From contig JBHGNT010000005.1 in the NCBI GenBank assembly GCA_043228905.1, positions 248,001 to 312,000 on the forward strand: a stretch of 64,000 nt of DNA, read 5' to 3'. The DNA is from Azolla caroliniana (taxonomy: Eukaryota; Plantae; Polypodiophyta). This document shows positions 52,101 through 64,000 of this stretch, one piece after another. The notes under the pieces were generated by a model that saw only the letters and a list, made by a program, of their open reading frames with translations, was not told the origin of the DNA and did no database searches. Made by a program: the position numbers and the translations under genes. Positions within the stretch are counted from its first letter, which is position 1, and each line of letters begins with the position of its first letter.

Positions 52101-55100
52101 TTTCGGTTTCGGTTTTCGATCTCGGCCTCGGCCGAATTCCACCCAATTCAGCTTGTACTCTTCTTCCCATCTGGAGGGACCTGTTTTCCCAACACATTCT
52201 TACCAAATGCACTAAGGGTTGCCATTGGACAACTTAAGAGTATCATCCCACCAACTTGAGATTGAGAATGGTGGTGCAAATGAAGTCCCCATAGAGAAAG
52301 AATTTCTTCATATTCTTCATGCGTGATATTCTCAATATTTGAGAATACAAAATGGCCCCAAGAATATTATAGAACCATTCGTTTTGCAAAATAAATATAC
52401 AAAATATTTATTTATTTATTTAATTTAAATAAATTTAATTCACTAAAAAGAGAACAATCATTCATTAATAGATTATAAAAATATGATTAGTATTAACTCT
52501 CCTTTATAGTGTCAAATAAAAAAAGGGGGTGAACCTTTATTTTAATTAATTAATTTTTTTAAAAATCGAATATTTTTATATTTATTATAGAAATATGATT
52601 AGTGTGAAGTCCAATTTTTAATGTCAAGATAAAAATAAAATATCCATAAATTTTGAGAGAATAAAAAGTGAGGAATTAATGACCCTTTATTTTATTTTAT
52701 TTATTTATTAAAAATAAAACAAATACTTTTACATTTATTATAAAAATTTATTAGTGTCAAAGGGGGATCAACGAATACTTGACCATGCATTCGTATGCGT
52801 ATTCGTTCGCATTCGAATGGGAAACCCCACGAATGCAAATATGTCAATCTATGGATGAGCCTTTTCTAATGTTGACCATATCTTCACACTTAAAATCTTT
52901 GACACATTTTCTCTTCCTCAAGAGTAGTGTTTAAAATATTTTCTTCTTTTATCTCTTCTTAAATGTTTCATTTCACTACATCTACCCATCCTGTTTTAGC
53001 TAGTTCCATGTCATTCTTAACTTGTTTAACTTTTATTATCTCTTCCTTAATTTCTTCTAAAGAGGATATTTCGTCATCTTCTCTGCATACCTCAAAGTTA
53101 TTGATTTGTTTTGTAAGGTCGATGTTTTCTACATTTTAGTTTTTCCATCTCTACTTCAAGTAAGTCTTTTTCTTCCTAACTTTTTTCTTTTATGTTTCCA
53201 CTATTTTCACCCATTTTTTCATGCTGTTCTCAATTATCATTAAAGATTAAAAACATCTAAAAAAAATTCCTTATTAATTACTTTATCATGTATCTCGTTA
53301 GGTTCTTTGAGTCGTTTAGAAGTCATTTTAATGTACAAGAAACAGTAATTACAAAATAGGGAGAAAGGAGAGAAAACTTCGCGAAGCTTCTGTGGATGAC
53401 CCATTCACTTTGGTGAGCTCTCAAGCATTTTGTTGGTTACAGCTGAGTGCAAATGGGGAAGAAAGAGAACACAAAGTATGGCAGCAGCAGCCGAGAGAGA
53501 AATAGCGATGGGGGAGCGCAACTGAGCAGGAGAATGCAAAGTGGGATAATGGAGAGAGAGAGAGAGCACCCTAGCCCAACCCACTTTACTTGTTTCCTTT
53601 TCTTTGATTTAACAACCATACATGAATAAAAACCACATTTGACATAATGCGGATTGTATTGATGCAGGAAATTAAGAATAGCCCACAATAAAAAAAATAT
53701 CAAGAATTCCCTTAAGGTCAATTAATCAAATAGCCATACATCAATAAAACCCACATTTTGACATAATGTGGCCATACCTTTTACATAACATTTATTTATA
53801 TAAATATAATTACATCTTCAAAGCCCCATTAAGCTCTATGCATATGTTTCACTCACCTACAACATGTCACAACACTCATGAAAATTGAAGCACGACTAGA
53901 AAATTGCCATTAGTGCTAACCTGATACCCATAAGCCCTGCCATCATGCCTCAACCATCCATACTGTCTCAGATTATCTGAGGCTTCGCATGTATGATGAA
54001 CTTTAGGCAAGCCATTGTTGTCTGTACTAACCCACATCAGCCCTGCAAGCAGTGATTTTGGAATCCTGTAATCAATTCAACAACCAATCAAAAGCATGGA
54101 AAGACTTTAATTTTTATTATGTAGTATTGTACGCAATGAAGGATATCTCAGAATGCTAAATACCTTGAACGTATTCCTAGATACAGATTTGGCCTATATG
54201 TTCCCCAAAATAAATCCTCTTGATGTTCTCCTTTAAACTGTGCAGATATCAACAACAATATTTATAAATCTATAAATATCTGTATCTAATATATGCAAGC
54301 AAGGTTCAAATTTTATTTCACAAAAACAAACTGGTATTTCTAAGACATATTTGGTTAAGAAAGTACACAATGAAATGAGGATAATGTATGTCATTTCATT
54401 GAAGCATGTCCATATATGATGTGCAATCTAATAAAAAGCAACATGTGCACAATCCTCATCGTTATCAATGTCTAGCTTGGGTGAGGAATCTCATATTGCC
54501 TTTATACATCAGATATAAAGCCTCCTTCAGGAGTTCCCATTATCTTCATGGGATTGAGGTGTTATTTAAACAGGTGACCAGTCACTATGCTCCATTTCTA
54601 ATCTTATTACATGTATTCCAACACATAGCTTCTGTAATTGGTTGCTTACCTCCTCTGCCCCCATTGATAGAGCATAAACCCACAATTGCTCCACTATCTC
54701 AACTGACGCCTCTTTGATAAAGATCTATACATCTATTTTTCCAGTTTGACAAATGACTTTCTTTTTAGATCAATCAGCAATAGATGCTTGCATTGGAATC
54801 TAGCCACAATGAAAGAAATCATTGTCAAGCCGCAAAATTACTCCACTTAATCCTGTAAAACACTAGAGATGCACCTCTGCCAGCACAATTCATAGTCATG
54901 ACATGGGTTTTCTTGCCAAGTATCCCGAACCATGTGGATTGTATCTCTACTATGCACATTGAATTTACTCAAATGAACCATTACATTGTGCAGTCATGGC
55001 AACAACTCATACAATGTTTACATTCAACCTCTATCCACACACTCCTGAATCTTTTCCATGGGTTTCCAAGGAAAAAAATGTCTATATAGACCAAACTCTT

Positions 55101-56242
55101 ATCAAAGCAATCAGTTCCACGATTTGTCAATTACTTATGATGATACAATACCTTAGACATCACTTCAAAAAACCTGTTGGGCCCATACAAATATCCTTAA
55201 CACATTCATCCTCACAAAAGACATGAACCCATTGCTGAATCTAGAAAATTAATGGCATCTTAGATGTGATGATAAAAAGCATGGGTTTTTCAAATAGCAT
55301 CATGAATGATTAGCATGTAGGCACCTCAACATCAATAACATCCTTTGAATTCTTCTTAACACAATATTCAAACATCATACCGACAAAAGTCATTATCTGA
55401 TCCCATTCCATAATCTTCCTCACACCAACGTCATCTTACTCAATTATGTGATAGCCTAATGAAGCTAAATATTCAGATATATTATACTTACTTTGCTCCA
55501 TGTTTTTCTCGTATCCATGCATGCATTTGAGTTTCTAATGATTTCAAACATTACAGATACTTTGCATAAAAATAATAATGCTCCCTTTAAATAGAGAACC
55601 GCATTTTTCCTTGCGTTCACGCATAGGTTCGTGTTTGTCCATGTCCAATATGCAAGATATCCATACACTTATGAAAAAGTATACTCTTTTTAAGGAAAGT
55701 GTCATATTTTTCTTCATCTCCAATCAAGTTTTGCAAAATATATATTTCTGCACCTATTCGCGTTTTCCAAGAGTTCAAACATTATATATCTTGCCGGAAG
55801 AGATATACACTTTCTTGCAGGGAAGAGTTGCAATTTTCCTGAATTCTATGGCTAGATTCGAGCGAAAAAATACATGAAAATATATGTATACAAGTATGCT
55901 TTCTTTCAGAAATGAAAAGAAGAGAGAAGAGAAGCAGACACCTACCTGTGGAAGATCTGAGACTTTAGGGCCTGGAAATGGTGTTATATGTGAAGGAATA
56001 TCTGATGAAGATTTCCATGGCCAAATCGAGTAGATAAGAAGAGATGATAACACGATCAGGAGGAGAGAAATGAAGAGGAATCTTGACTCGAGAAATCTGT
56101 TATATTTCTTGTCTTTAAGAGAAGACCTTGTTGGTATTCTCTTTGAAGCTTTCTTCTGAGAAGTAGGTACAGAAGCTTTGGATGGCCTTCGCTCTTGCAA
56201 TGAAGCCATGGCTCCTGCTGCTGCTGTATCTCTCTCACTCAT
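32780..56242 (-). CDS. GCS1: Mannosyl-oligosaccharide glucosidase (ER alpha-glucosidase I, GH63), 23 exons, ~847 aa: 56242-55946, 54237-54164, 54065-53921, 45863-45754, 43216-43048, 42619-42533, 42391-42323, 42216-42120, 41857-41775, 41686-41576, 40008-39887, 39666-39559, 39489-39416, 38796-38674, 34443-34376, 34250-34110, 33965-33915, 33831-33775, 33690-33538, 33458-33367, 33260-33151, 33076-33013, 32918-32780
   Basis: Basic N-tail plus a type II TM segment; [13 protein letters not shown]; YGWLRHDGR; YGGDWAVR; [22 protein letters not shown]; [10 protein letters not shown]; NPPTL; SGLDDYPR; ERHLDLRCW; [12 protein letters not shown]; WEQYD...HPFTGWTSL. All 23 exons are phase-consistent (2544 nt). 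Confidence 0.95.
34720..38285 (+). mobile_element. Degenerate LINE, same family as 46902-51547, in GCS1 intron 14 and antisense to the gene
   Basis: ORF1 start [16 protein letters not shown] at 34939 is homologous to [16 protein letters not shown]. Disrupted APE and RT segments ([14 protein letters not shown]). Tandem TCTGATCCTCTG-type 5'-UTR monomers and a TTTC-rich tail. Many stops and deletions. Confidence 0.9.
40225..40341 (+). mobile_element. Isolated LINE 3'-end module
   Basis: GTTCTCAAAGACAAGAAAACAT...AGATGTAATCTCTT...AGGCCACGTTGGCCT...TTAATATAGCTTTCTTTCTTTC, homologous to 51438-51547. Confidence 0.8.
43330..45135 (+). mobile_element. Degenerate, internally deleted Ty1/copia remnant in GCS1 intron 4
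   Basis: Gag-like segment; CCHC remnant (~43938); protease [10 protein letters not shown]; [21 protein letters not shown]; RNase H-like [12 protein letters not shown] and DSQSSICL traces; PPT-like AAGTGGGAGG at ~45126. No LTR pair found. Confidence 0.75.
45455..45588. mobile_element. hAT-type MITE (134 bp)
   Basis: TIRs TAGCAATGGGCACGGTT / AACCGTGCCCATGGCTA; perfect 8-bp TSD AATCTGAC (45447-45454, 45589-45596); subterminal GGTTC/AAACC repeats. Confidence 0.9.
46034..46117. repeat. Compound (CT)n(CA)n microsatellite
   Basis: Directly visible; abuts the 5'-truncated LINE copy. Confidence 0.95.
46118..46745 (+). mobile_element. 5'-truncated LINE copy (end of ORF2, 3' UTR, (TTTC)n tail)
   Basis: [20 protein letters not shown]... 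matches the ORF2 C-terminus at 50650-51342; ends in the shared 3' module. Confidence 0.9.
46902..51547 (+). mobile_element. Near full-length non-LTR retrotransposon (ORF1 + APE-RT-CCHC ORF2; RTEX-like), inactivated, in GCS1 intron 3
   Basis: Coiled-coil ORF1 from 47122; APE motifs (ICYFPP, LLGDFNA, STIDY, ADH); RT motifs ([33 protein letters not shown]); C-terminal [13 protein letters not shown]...CQLC...[10 protein letters not shown]; (TTTC)n tail. Lesions are a deletion at ~47600, a frameshifting deletion at ~49440 and a 218-bp duplication. Confidence 0.93.
51548..51630 (+). mobile_element. Short diverged fragment of the LINE ORF2 3' region
   Basis: TACTAATGTTACAAGTCAATCAAGGGATACACAAATGGG...GGGGTTACG matches ~46328-46410. 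Confidence 0.75.
51672..52194 (-). mobile_element. Solo LTR (523 bp) of a copia family related to 13991-19219
   Basis: TG...CA ends with 5-bp TSD CATTC (51667-51671, 52195-52199). The reverse complement starts TGTTGGGAAAACAGGTCCCTCCAGATGGGA and shares GAGGTCGTTGCCTC and CGTGGT.TTTTCCCA...GGTTTCCAC with the intact LTRs. Confidence 0.9.
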
Positions 56243-56377
56243 GTGACATAGTTAAAACCAAAGAGTTTTTAGAACAAATTTCACGTGTCTAAACCAAAAT
56301 CCTCATTGCACTTAATTTCGCTCTAAAACACTAAGCTCTCTCCGGGAAAGAAGACTTGGACACAACTTAATTACACT

Positions 56378-56793
56378 CTAGTATAACAATTGGCAACGGT
56401 TCGGTTCGGTACGAGAGTGTCCAAGCCGAACCGGTTTGGAACCGAACCGTTTGGTAAACTTTTAAACCATTAAACCGCTAAGACCCCGGTTTCGTGGTTC
56501 GGTTTCAGACTTCAGTTTTGAACTTACGTCAAATTTTAAATTTTTTTATTTTTTCAAAATTTTAAAGATTTTTCCTAAAATGTGAGGCTTAAAAATAAAA
56601 AAGGTTGTTTAAAATATTTTAATTAATTTTTAATTTAATAATAATAATAAAACCATCAAACCGTTTAAACCACAATTTTTAACCATTAAAACTGAACCGA
56701 ACCGAACCGTTTAAACCATTAGCCCCGGTTTCACGGTTTGGTTTGGTTTGGTTTGGTTTGGAACCGAACTGTTGTCGATTGTCACTATACTAG
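56378..56793. mobile_element. hAT-like MITE about 140 bp upstream of the GCS1 start codon
   Basis: Imperfect TIRs ACAATTGGCAACGGTTCGGTTC / GAACCGAACTGTTGTCGATTGT; dense GGTTC/AAACC subterminal repeats like the 45455 element; AT-rich core. TSD not resolved. Confidence 0.7.
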
Positions 56794-57051
56794 CTCTCGC
56801 ATAACCACTTCCAATTCATAGGGCTCATATCGACACGAAGAAACAAACAGAACTCCTCGACTCTTAAGATTTCTTGGAGCTTATCCCATTGCCTCTCTTT
56901 TGGCTCCTCACAACCCGTTTGTACTAACACACTTTAGAGAAAACTCCAATGTCATCATAGTCTAGAGGGATGAGGATGGTGCTTCACATTTTCACACGTC
57001 GTGGGGATTGTAGAACATAGTAACTAACATAATTTATTGCCAATTATGAAA

Positions 57052-57115
57052 CCTCTTATTTGGTTTCATACGCCATTTTGGCCTCTTAAAGAGGACGTTA
57101 ATATTATTTTTTTTC
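57052..57115 (+). mobile_element. Short LINE 3'-end fragment
   Basis: CTCTTATTTGGTTTCATACGCCATTTTGGCCTCTTAAAGAGGACGTTAATAT, homologous to the LINE 3' module. Confidence 0.7.
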
Positions 57116-58747
57116 TAAGTGTTGGGTACATAATAAGTGGTAAACCATCTTTGGACTTGTTGTATGTTCATTGAGTTTCTCAATACGATCTTCATGTCTC
57201 CACGATAGGAAGTAAGATCCTTTGAAAAGTGGCATACGAGCATTAGCCTCAGACTTGTATAGGTGCAAAAACCCACATTGCATTACAAAAAGTTTTTGAC
57301 ATTCGTGTTAGGGGAAAGGTGTTGTCTTTATTTGTTTACAAACACTGTACATTGATTCAACATTTATTTTTACCACCTTGGAATCTCACATTGATACACG
57401 AGTGACTAGTTGACCTCTGCCAAATGGAAAATATAATAAGCACACTTGCAACAACAATAGCCGACCTTTTTTTATGTAAACAAGTAAGTTCTAACACAAA
57501 CAAACTTCAAAGAACACATATATTACACAAACCAGTTGTAGAACAACTCTTAGTATTCTAACATAAACAAACGAATGAAAAAAGATGACGAGCTTAACCC
57601 TCACTCTCTAATATCATATGAAGATCTTATGTAAGGTCTACATAGGACCTCAATACAAATTACAATTGAGAATTTTACAAAGATATGTATGTGTGTGCAC
57701 AAAAAATGTGTGTATGCGAGAGGAGGAGAGATGAGAGGAATGCTTATAACAACCACAAAAACAATGAGTTTGTATTAATAGATCGAAGGTGAAAATGGTA
57801 TTGTGGTACAAGACATGTTTATATTCAACGTCCTTTGTGTATTTTACGAAGAATAAATTGTAGCCATGCATGATGAGAGAACAAGGGGAATATTAGTCAA
57901 ATTTAATTCACTTAATTCAATCCATTGAATGTTAAGAATATTATTGTAGCCCATCATAAACTTATTATAGAAGCTAACCTTTTTTTTTTGGGAAAAAAGA
58001 AAGTAACCATTTTGGAGGTTGAAAGTGCCACTAAGGTGTGCCATGTGTGGATGTCATGAATGGAGTAGTTGTCCACATGCAAAGAAACTCACGATGTTGA
58101 GCAGTTTTAGCATCAGAATCTCCAAGTATACCGTCCCATTGACCCTTCAAAGTATGAACTATGTCCAACCAAATATTTATAACCAGTTCTAGTGTTGCTT
58201 TATAACTTGCTAGTTGTTTCTTCCGCAGATCGCATAGACTTTGAAATATCGTAAAATGTTTACACTAATGAAAGGATATATTTTTTATGTATATAAAAAC
58301 TTATTATAGAAACTAGACAGACACAACACGAGTTTTCGAACAAGAGTTATCACACACAGAAGGTGCAATTGGACATGACTTCTCAACACCCCTGTTTGAC
58401 CATTGTCACATGAAGTTGGCCACTATGAACGTGAAGGTCTCTTGGTGTAATCATGTAATAATGTTGTTTCTTTTTTCTTGTTTTCCCTCAAGCAAATAAA
58501 CATGGCACACAAACACCTGTGCCATAACATGCTCGATCACATACACATGAACACTTGAACGCGTGGATACACATACATGCATGATGCAGTATAGGTAAAC
58601 ACCAACATGCATACGACTTGATGTTACGTGGGGAGCCTAGTGAAAGCTTCCTCTACTTCATAGGAATATAAAAATCGAGGAACGATCTTACAAAGTTACA
58701 AGCATCACATTTGTACAATGTCATTCCAACAGGACAGAGGTCCTAGA

Positions 58748-58885
58748 CTTGCCAACATTGCATACATACATAATTTGCCAACTTTGCATACATTCATACA
58801 TTGGCCAACATTGCATACATGGAAATTGCCAGCATTGCATACATTCGTACATTGCCCAACATTGCTTACATGCATACATACATGT
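58748..58885. repeat. Minisatellite, ~25-bp degenerate unit TGCCAACATTGCATACATTCATACAT, ~5 copies
   Basis: Directly visible; accounts for the repetitive ORFs at 58718-58994. Confidence 0.8.
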
Positions 58886-61800
58886 GTTTATGAACAAATA
58901 TGATATGACTCGTATAATGTTAAAAGACAATGCAGACATACACACACATGCATTAACCTTTTTTGTAATGTTGTTGCACGTGCTGGTGTTGTGAGAACAA
59001 ATTGTTTTGTTTTGTTTGTTAGGCCAAGCGACGCATACGAATCCAATGGAATTGCATGCAATGAGATGAGAAAAAGGATCGAATCGATGCGCCACTACAG
59101 TAGTGCTCTTCCTCCCTTCTACCTCATCCATTATTCCATTATTCATCATCAATTCATTATGATCTGCCACATACAGCCTATGATCTGTACGTACGTCTAT
59201 TACTATATATTCGGCCACATCTCTTCATTTTGATCTGCAGTGGAGAGAACATCGCCCCCCATCAAACCCTATTATAATTTATTAGTGCTTCATTCCATGT
59301 TGAAATGCTTGCTTCTGAACAGGCATCCTGCAGACCCCCCAAAATCCACGCTTCATCGGGGGCGTGTCTCTCTCTTTTAACATGTGCCCTTCCTTGATTC
59401 TTCATGAAAAAGCTCCCGCATGCCAAGGTCTTGATCAGAGGAAATGGCTATGACCATAGCCGCGATGAGATCCCATCCCCTTACCATTCCATGATGAGCC
59501 CATGGCCACGATCCGACCATTGCCGTTGCGGTGGAGTCGATTCATGAACGATTATGGGTCGCTGTGGCTCCTCCAACCTGATCCCGCTGTTGTTCTCACC
59601 CCCCGCTATGTCATCGGCCTCCTCGCCTTCCTCATCTGCATCGACATGGTACGTGTTGTTTTCAGTGTTCTTCCTGCTTACCTTCCTCCTCCTCCCCCTC
59701 CTTATGAACTTTGTCATGATGTCTACCAAATAGGTGCTCCAAATCTCTCCTCCAACACACCTGGTCTGGATCCTAGGTCTGTCATTGATCCTTATCCTCG
59801 TTAGTTTGTCAGACAATGTGAAGTCATTGCCAACTCAAGGGACCTCATTCCACCCGTGATTGGTTTGAATTCATCATTCGACCATTCCTTTGTCTGGTGG
59901 CACTCACAACACCACAAACTTTCAACATGTATGCATCATATTACTTTCCATGCATATTGATCTTAGAAAGTCCTAAGACATTCAAGAAGAAAGGGTGTCT
60001 GTGATTGCAGGATGGATGCACATGGACATGCATGAAGGAAGGTTTTTTTGTGGTGGTCGATCATAGTACGTATTTACGAAATTCATGAAAGAAAGGGTTT
60101 TGTTGTTGATTGTAGACTATACTAAGGCCATCATGATTGGGGTTGTGATCAATATATTCGTCCTTGGCTGGTTCAATGACAATCATGATATCACCCATTG
60201 TGCAAGTTCTATAGAAATCATAGAGGCTGGGACATTGGAGAAGGAATTGGGAATTCTCCATGAGCCATGTATGGTTGGTTTGAGGCATGCTTAGTTTATC
60301 GTTGATCCAATGTGCAAGTATGAATGCGCTAAAATTCAAGAATGGGTCATCTCATTATTTGATGGAAGTAGTTAGATAAGGTACCAAGGGACAAATAAGG
60401 CATTCTTGTATAGGTACCTCTGGAGAATGGAATCAACTCATTCCCCTTCATGGGTGCACAATACATTTCTATTTGTTAATCTTGCAGCATTAAATACTGT
60501 TGTGGATGCGTAGCTCCAATCTTATCATTGGGCTCTCGTTGTTGAAAGCTTACATTCAGTCTTTTTTGTAATGTTCTAACCAGACGCAGGTTTTAGGAGT
60601 TTTGTGCTATCAACTATTCCTGGGGACATATTTTCCATGGCACTTGTATCCCTTGATGCTTAATCGGGCAATCGAACTCCTTGCCTTGCTTTGTTCAGAT
60701 GGCCATGTTCCCTCCGTGGTATAATTCTTTCTCAACTTATAGTTGATTCATTATGTTGTTCACAAATAAGTTTTGTTCATGCCAAAGCTACGTTCGTACT
60801 CATGAAAATTGAAATATATATTGTTATTCATGCCAAAACATGCCATGTCTTCTAAGATTTAATTCAATGTATGACCATCAAGAGCACTTCAGATAGAAAG
60901 GTTTCATCAAATCATGACATAAGCGATGGCTATGTTGTTTGTAGACTTCCAAACACAGGAATGCTATGGTTATCAAAATTGAGCGATGTTTCTTTTATGT
61001 GAATTTCTATTTAGAAAAATTGACGTGGTTTCTCTTGATCACATGTGACATTCTGGTACGGTACCTACGCACAACTCATTGGCTGTGGGTGAGAAGAGAG
61101 ATCAATACATGATTGTAAATTGCATTTATTTTGTCTCAATAGACATAGGCACAGGGTTCTTTTATAATGGTTTTTGTTAAACTATACCAAATATTTTGTT
61201 TATTGAATGCTGTGAGAGATGCATCTCAAACTAGACAATTTTTTTAAATCTACAAATTCTCATTTCTTGACATCATTTACATGAGAGGAGGAATTCATTG
61301 ACAAGAGGTAGGCTGATCAACATGAGATTAGGGTATGTTCCTAACTACAGTTAAGTACCGATGTTTGCTGAATCTCATCACTACAATGACATTATATGCA
61401 TTTGGCACTGGGAAAATGTTCCTTGTTGGGTCAATTGGAACAGATATGAACCAATTATAGTGAGATTGTGCATGTGATCCTAACAATTTAACCATGTAGC
61501 AATGTAGGTAGTAGGCGACAATATTTGCTTAGGTTGAATCCTAAGTATGTGTTGGCGATTAGGTGCATATGTTTGCTCACATTTTATGCTTGTAAATTCC
61601 AAATACAGTACTCAATGGCACAAGTCTTCTTGACAATATTATCAATGGTGATATGTATCCAAAAAGAGCCATGTGGGAGATTCAATTGTGTTGCAGTTTT
61701 GGTCCTTTATGGACTTCTTCTCTCTTATGAGGTAGGTGCATCACACACATAACCCAATCAACAAAACAAATTCTGAAGTGGCCTTCAAATCCTCTTTGTT

Positions 61801-64000
61801 TGATGTATTTATATATGGTTTTAATGCAGTAATTTCACCCCAATTCGATTGTTTTGAAGATATTCGTTGCGGCTATGGTGATCAAGATCTCTCATATCCC
61901 AATTCTTGGATTGGGTGATGAAGGCAACAGGAATAGAACTTGGTTACAAGATTTTGAAAGACAACGAACGGTAATTATTATTAAACAAGATTAGTTTGAT
62001 TTTAGGAAATTACCAAACATTCCTGGTTTGAACAAAATTCCCAGGATACCCTCTCATTTCATAAACATGATGGGTTATATAGTCAAGGTAAGGTGCCAAA
62101 TCACTAGGCAACTAATTATAGATAAGCTGCCTAAAAATATATAGTATGAAGAACACAAATTTCTTCAATCATGATGGTTCAAATTTAAGCACCAATTATT
62201 GGTTTGACTAACAACCAATGACATGTGGCATTATTTACGTGATGATGTAGACACACCAATCCATAAATGAAGAGAATGAAAACATGCTCAAGGATTATGA
62301 CGATGTGATTGTTGCTGTCCAACAGCCTGATGGTGAAAAGGTGTGTATGTGTATGGACCATCACATCCTTACTACTACAAAGAGTTTGTTCTCTTGTTGC
62401 AAACATGTTTACCATTATACAATGTGTATGCGTGCCTATGTCTTGGAAATGATAAATACTTGTTAAGAGCTTTGAATAACCTTCTATGCATAGCAATGTC
62501 TTTGCATGTCTATAATCTCATTGATGCAAGGCTCAGATCCAAGATATCTTCTATCACTTAAGTGTTTTCATTTGTTGCAAGATGTATATAAAGCACACAG
62601 TTTTTGGTTGCAAAGAAATGTATGAAGGACCTAAACCCTATATACATGTTTGGCCATGCCTTAAAGGCTGAATATATATGTATACATCCATAATCACGTG
62701 TCAAAATGGTTATAAACATGTTGCAAAATGCTGAAAATTTCAGATATGATGCACAATTAACTGAAAACTACTTTGTTGTTGGTGTGGGGAGTTTAGTACG
62801 CCATTGCAAGATTGTGCAAAGAGATTGACACCTTTCCAAAAGAAATACACTATGCTGAGACGTCTTCGAGAGTAATGCAAAAAGTGCCACCTTACAAAGT
62901 AATACAAGAACCGTCACAAGGAAAGCAAAAAGAGGTAGCATCACAAATAACGCATGATCCAAGCACGGAAATTGAATCCAATACTAATATATATGAAATA
63001 GGAAGTAGCACCACCACTATACGTGATGGCTCTCAAGGACTACAATGTTTAGAAGGAAAACCTAATATAGAAACCAACATTCATCTATTGGAAGGTTCAA
63101 CGAGCATGGTTTCATCCATTATACACAAAGATGAGTTCGAAGATGAAAAATTCTTGTTAAATCTGACTGCTGAGATCATCTCCCTTGTGTTAGAGGGAGG
63201 AACTTCTCATGAAAACATGAGAATTGAAAATAATAGAAAAGAAATATGATGCCTAACATATTTCTTTTCACAAGGTGTATTGTACTAATTATGATAGTAT
63301 ATTGTCTAGTAGAATATTATTAACTAGTTGCTATATTGTGGCAATTTCCTGATGCCTAGATAGAATTTTAGTTCATATTTGCAATGCATCTGAAAAACAA
63401 TGAACCACCCATATGACATACATAATTATTAATCGGTATATTATTCGGACTAATGTCAATAGCACTACCTAGCACTTTGAAAACAATAAGTTTTCAATCA
63501 TTGTTGGTAAATGTCGTGAATGACATCTCTCTCGTCTTTGCTATATAAATCATATTAGTTATGACTAGCTCTACAACTATAATTCAAGTGTTTATTCTTT
63601 TAGTGAAAATTACCATACATGCTCAATGTACAAGAATTGAGTTTACACTTCTGAAGTCAGATTGACATTTACTCAAAGCAACAAATGACACAAATTTTCT
63701 GAAGATATTTTAAGCATTAAATATCAGCAATTACAATGTATCACGAACAAAACCGCCCATAAAAATATATGTACAAAACTCTACACAAACCATCTTTATA
63801 ATGGAAACAAAATGATTTTGGATAGGCTATATATGCCTATAGCTGCGCATGTCATCAAACTACATAATATATATAAGTAATGTCTGCATAGCAGTAAACA
63901 TACCAAGCTGGTACGCAATTCCCTCTTACTCCATTATTTCACATCAATCATGAAAGCTTATCTGCATCGATTCTTTCTGGCCTGCATAAAATTTAAAACA

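Noticed and set aside
54350-55460. Possible decayed L1-type LINE on the minus strand in GCS1 intron 1
   Set aside because: Only vague compositional hints; no intact RT or endonuclease motif.
20774-56242. KASI + Mid1-like + GCS1 as a biosynthetic or functional gene cluster
   Set aside because: The products act in unrelated compartments and pathways (plastid fatty-acid synthesis, ER N-glycan trimming); adjacency alone is not evidence.

Overview
AT-rich eukaryotic (land-plant) genomic DNA with spliceosomal GT-AG introns. A non-seed plant such as a fern is suspected from the TE content, but this is inference. I reconstructed four intron-containing genes by hand: an ankyrin-repeat protein with a C-terminal PH-like domain (-, 3343-6875), plastid beta-ketoacyl-ACP synthase I (+, 20774-25619), ER alpha-glucosidase I GCS1 (GH63, -, 23 exons, 32780-56242), and a nine-exon gene (-, 27361-29684) that is nearly invisible in the ORF track. 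The product of that last gene carries the cysteine-rich signature of fungal Mid1 and animal NLF-1/FAM155, the auxiliary subunits of Cch1/NALCN cation channels, and is the most unusual item here. Mobile elements include a very young, CCGG-enriched Ty1/copia element (13991-19219) with one in-frame TGA, a related solo LTR, and a degenerate copia. There are also two long APE-RT-CCHC LINE copies plus fragments in GCS1 introns, one flanked by identical 105-bp direct repeats and starting with telomere-motif monomers, and two hAT-type MITEs. All coordinates and counts were read by eye; no database search was run.
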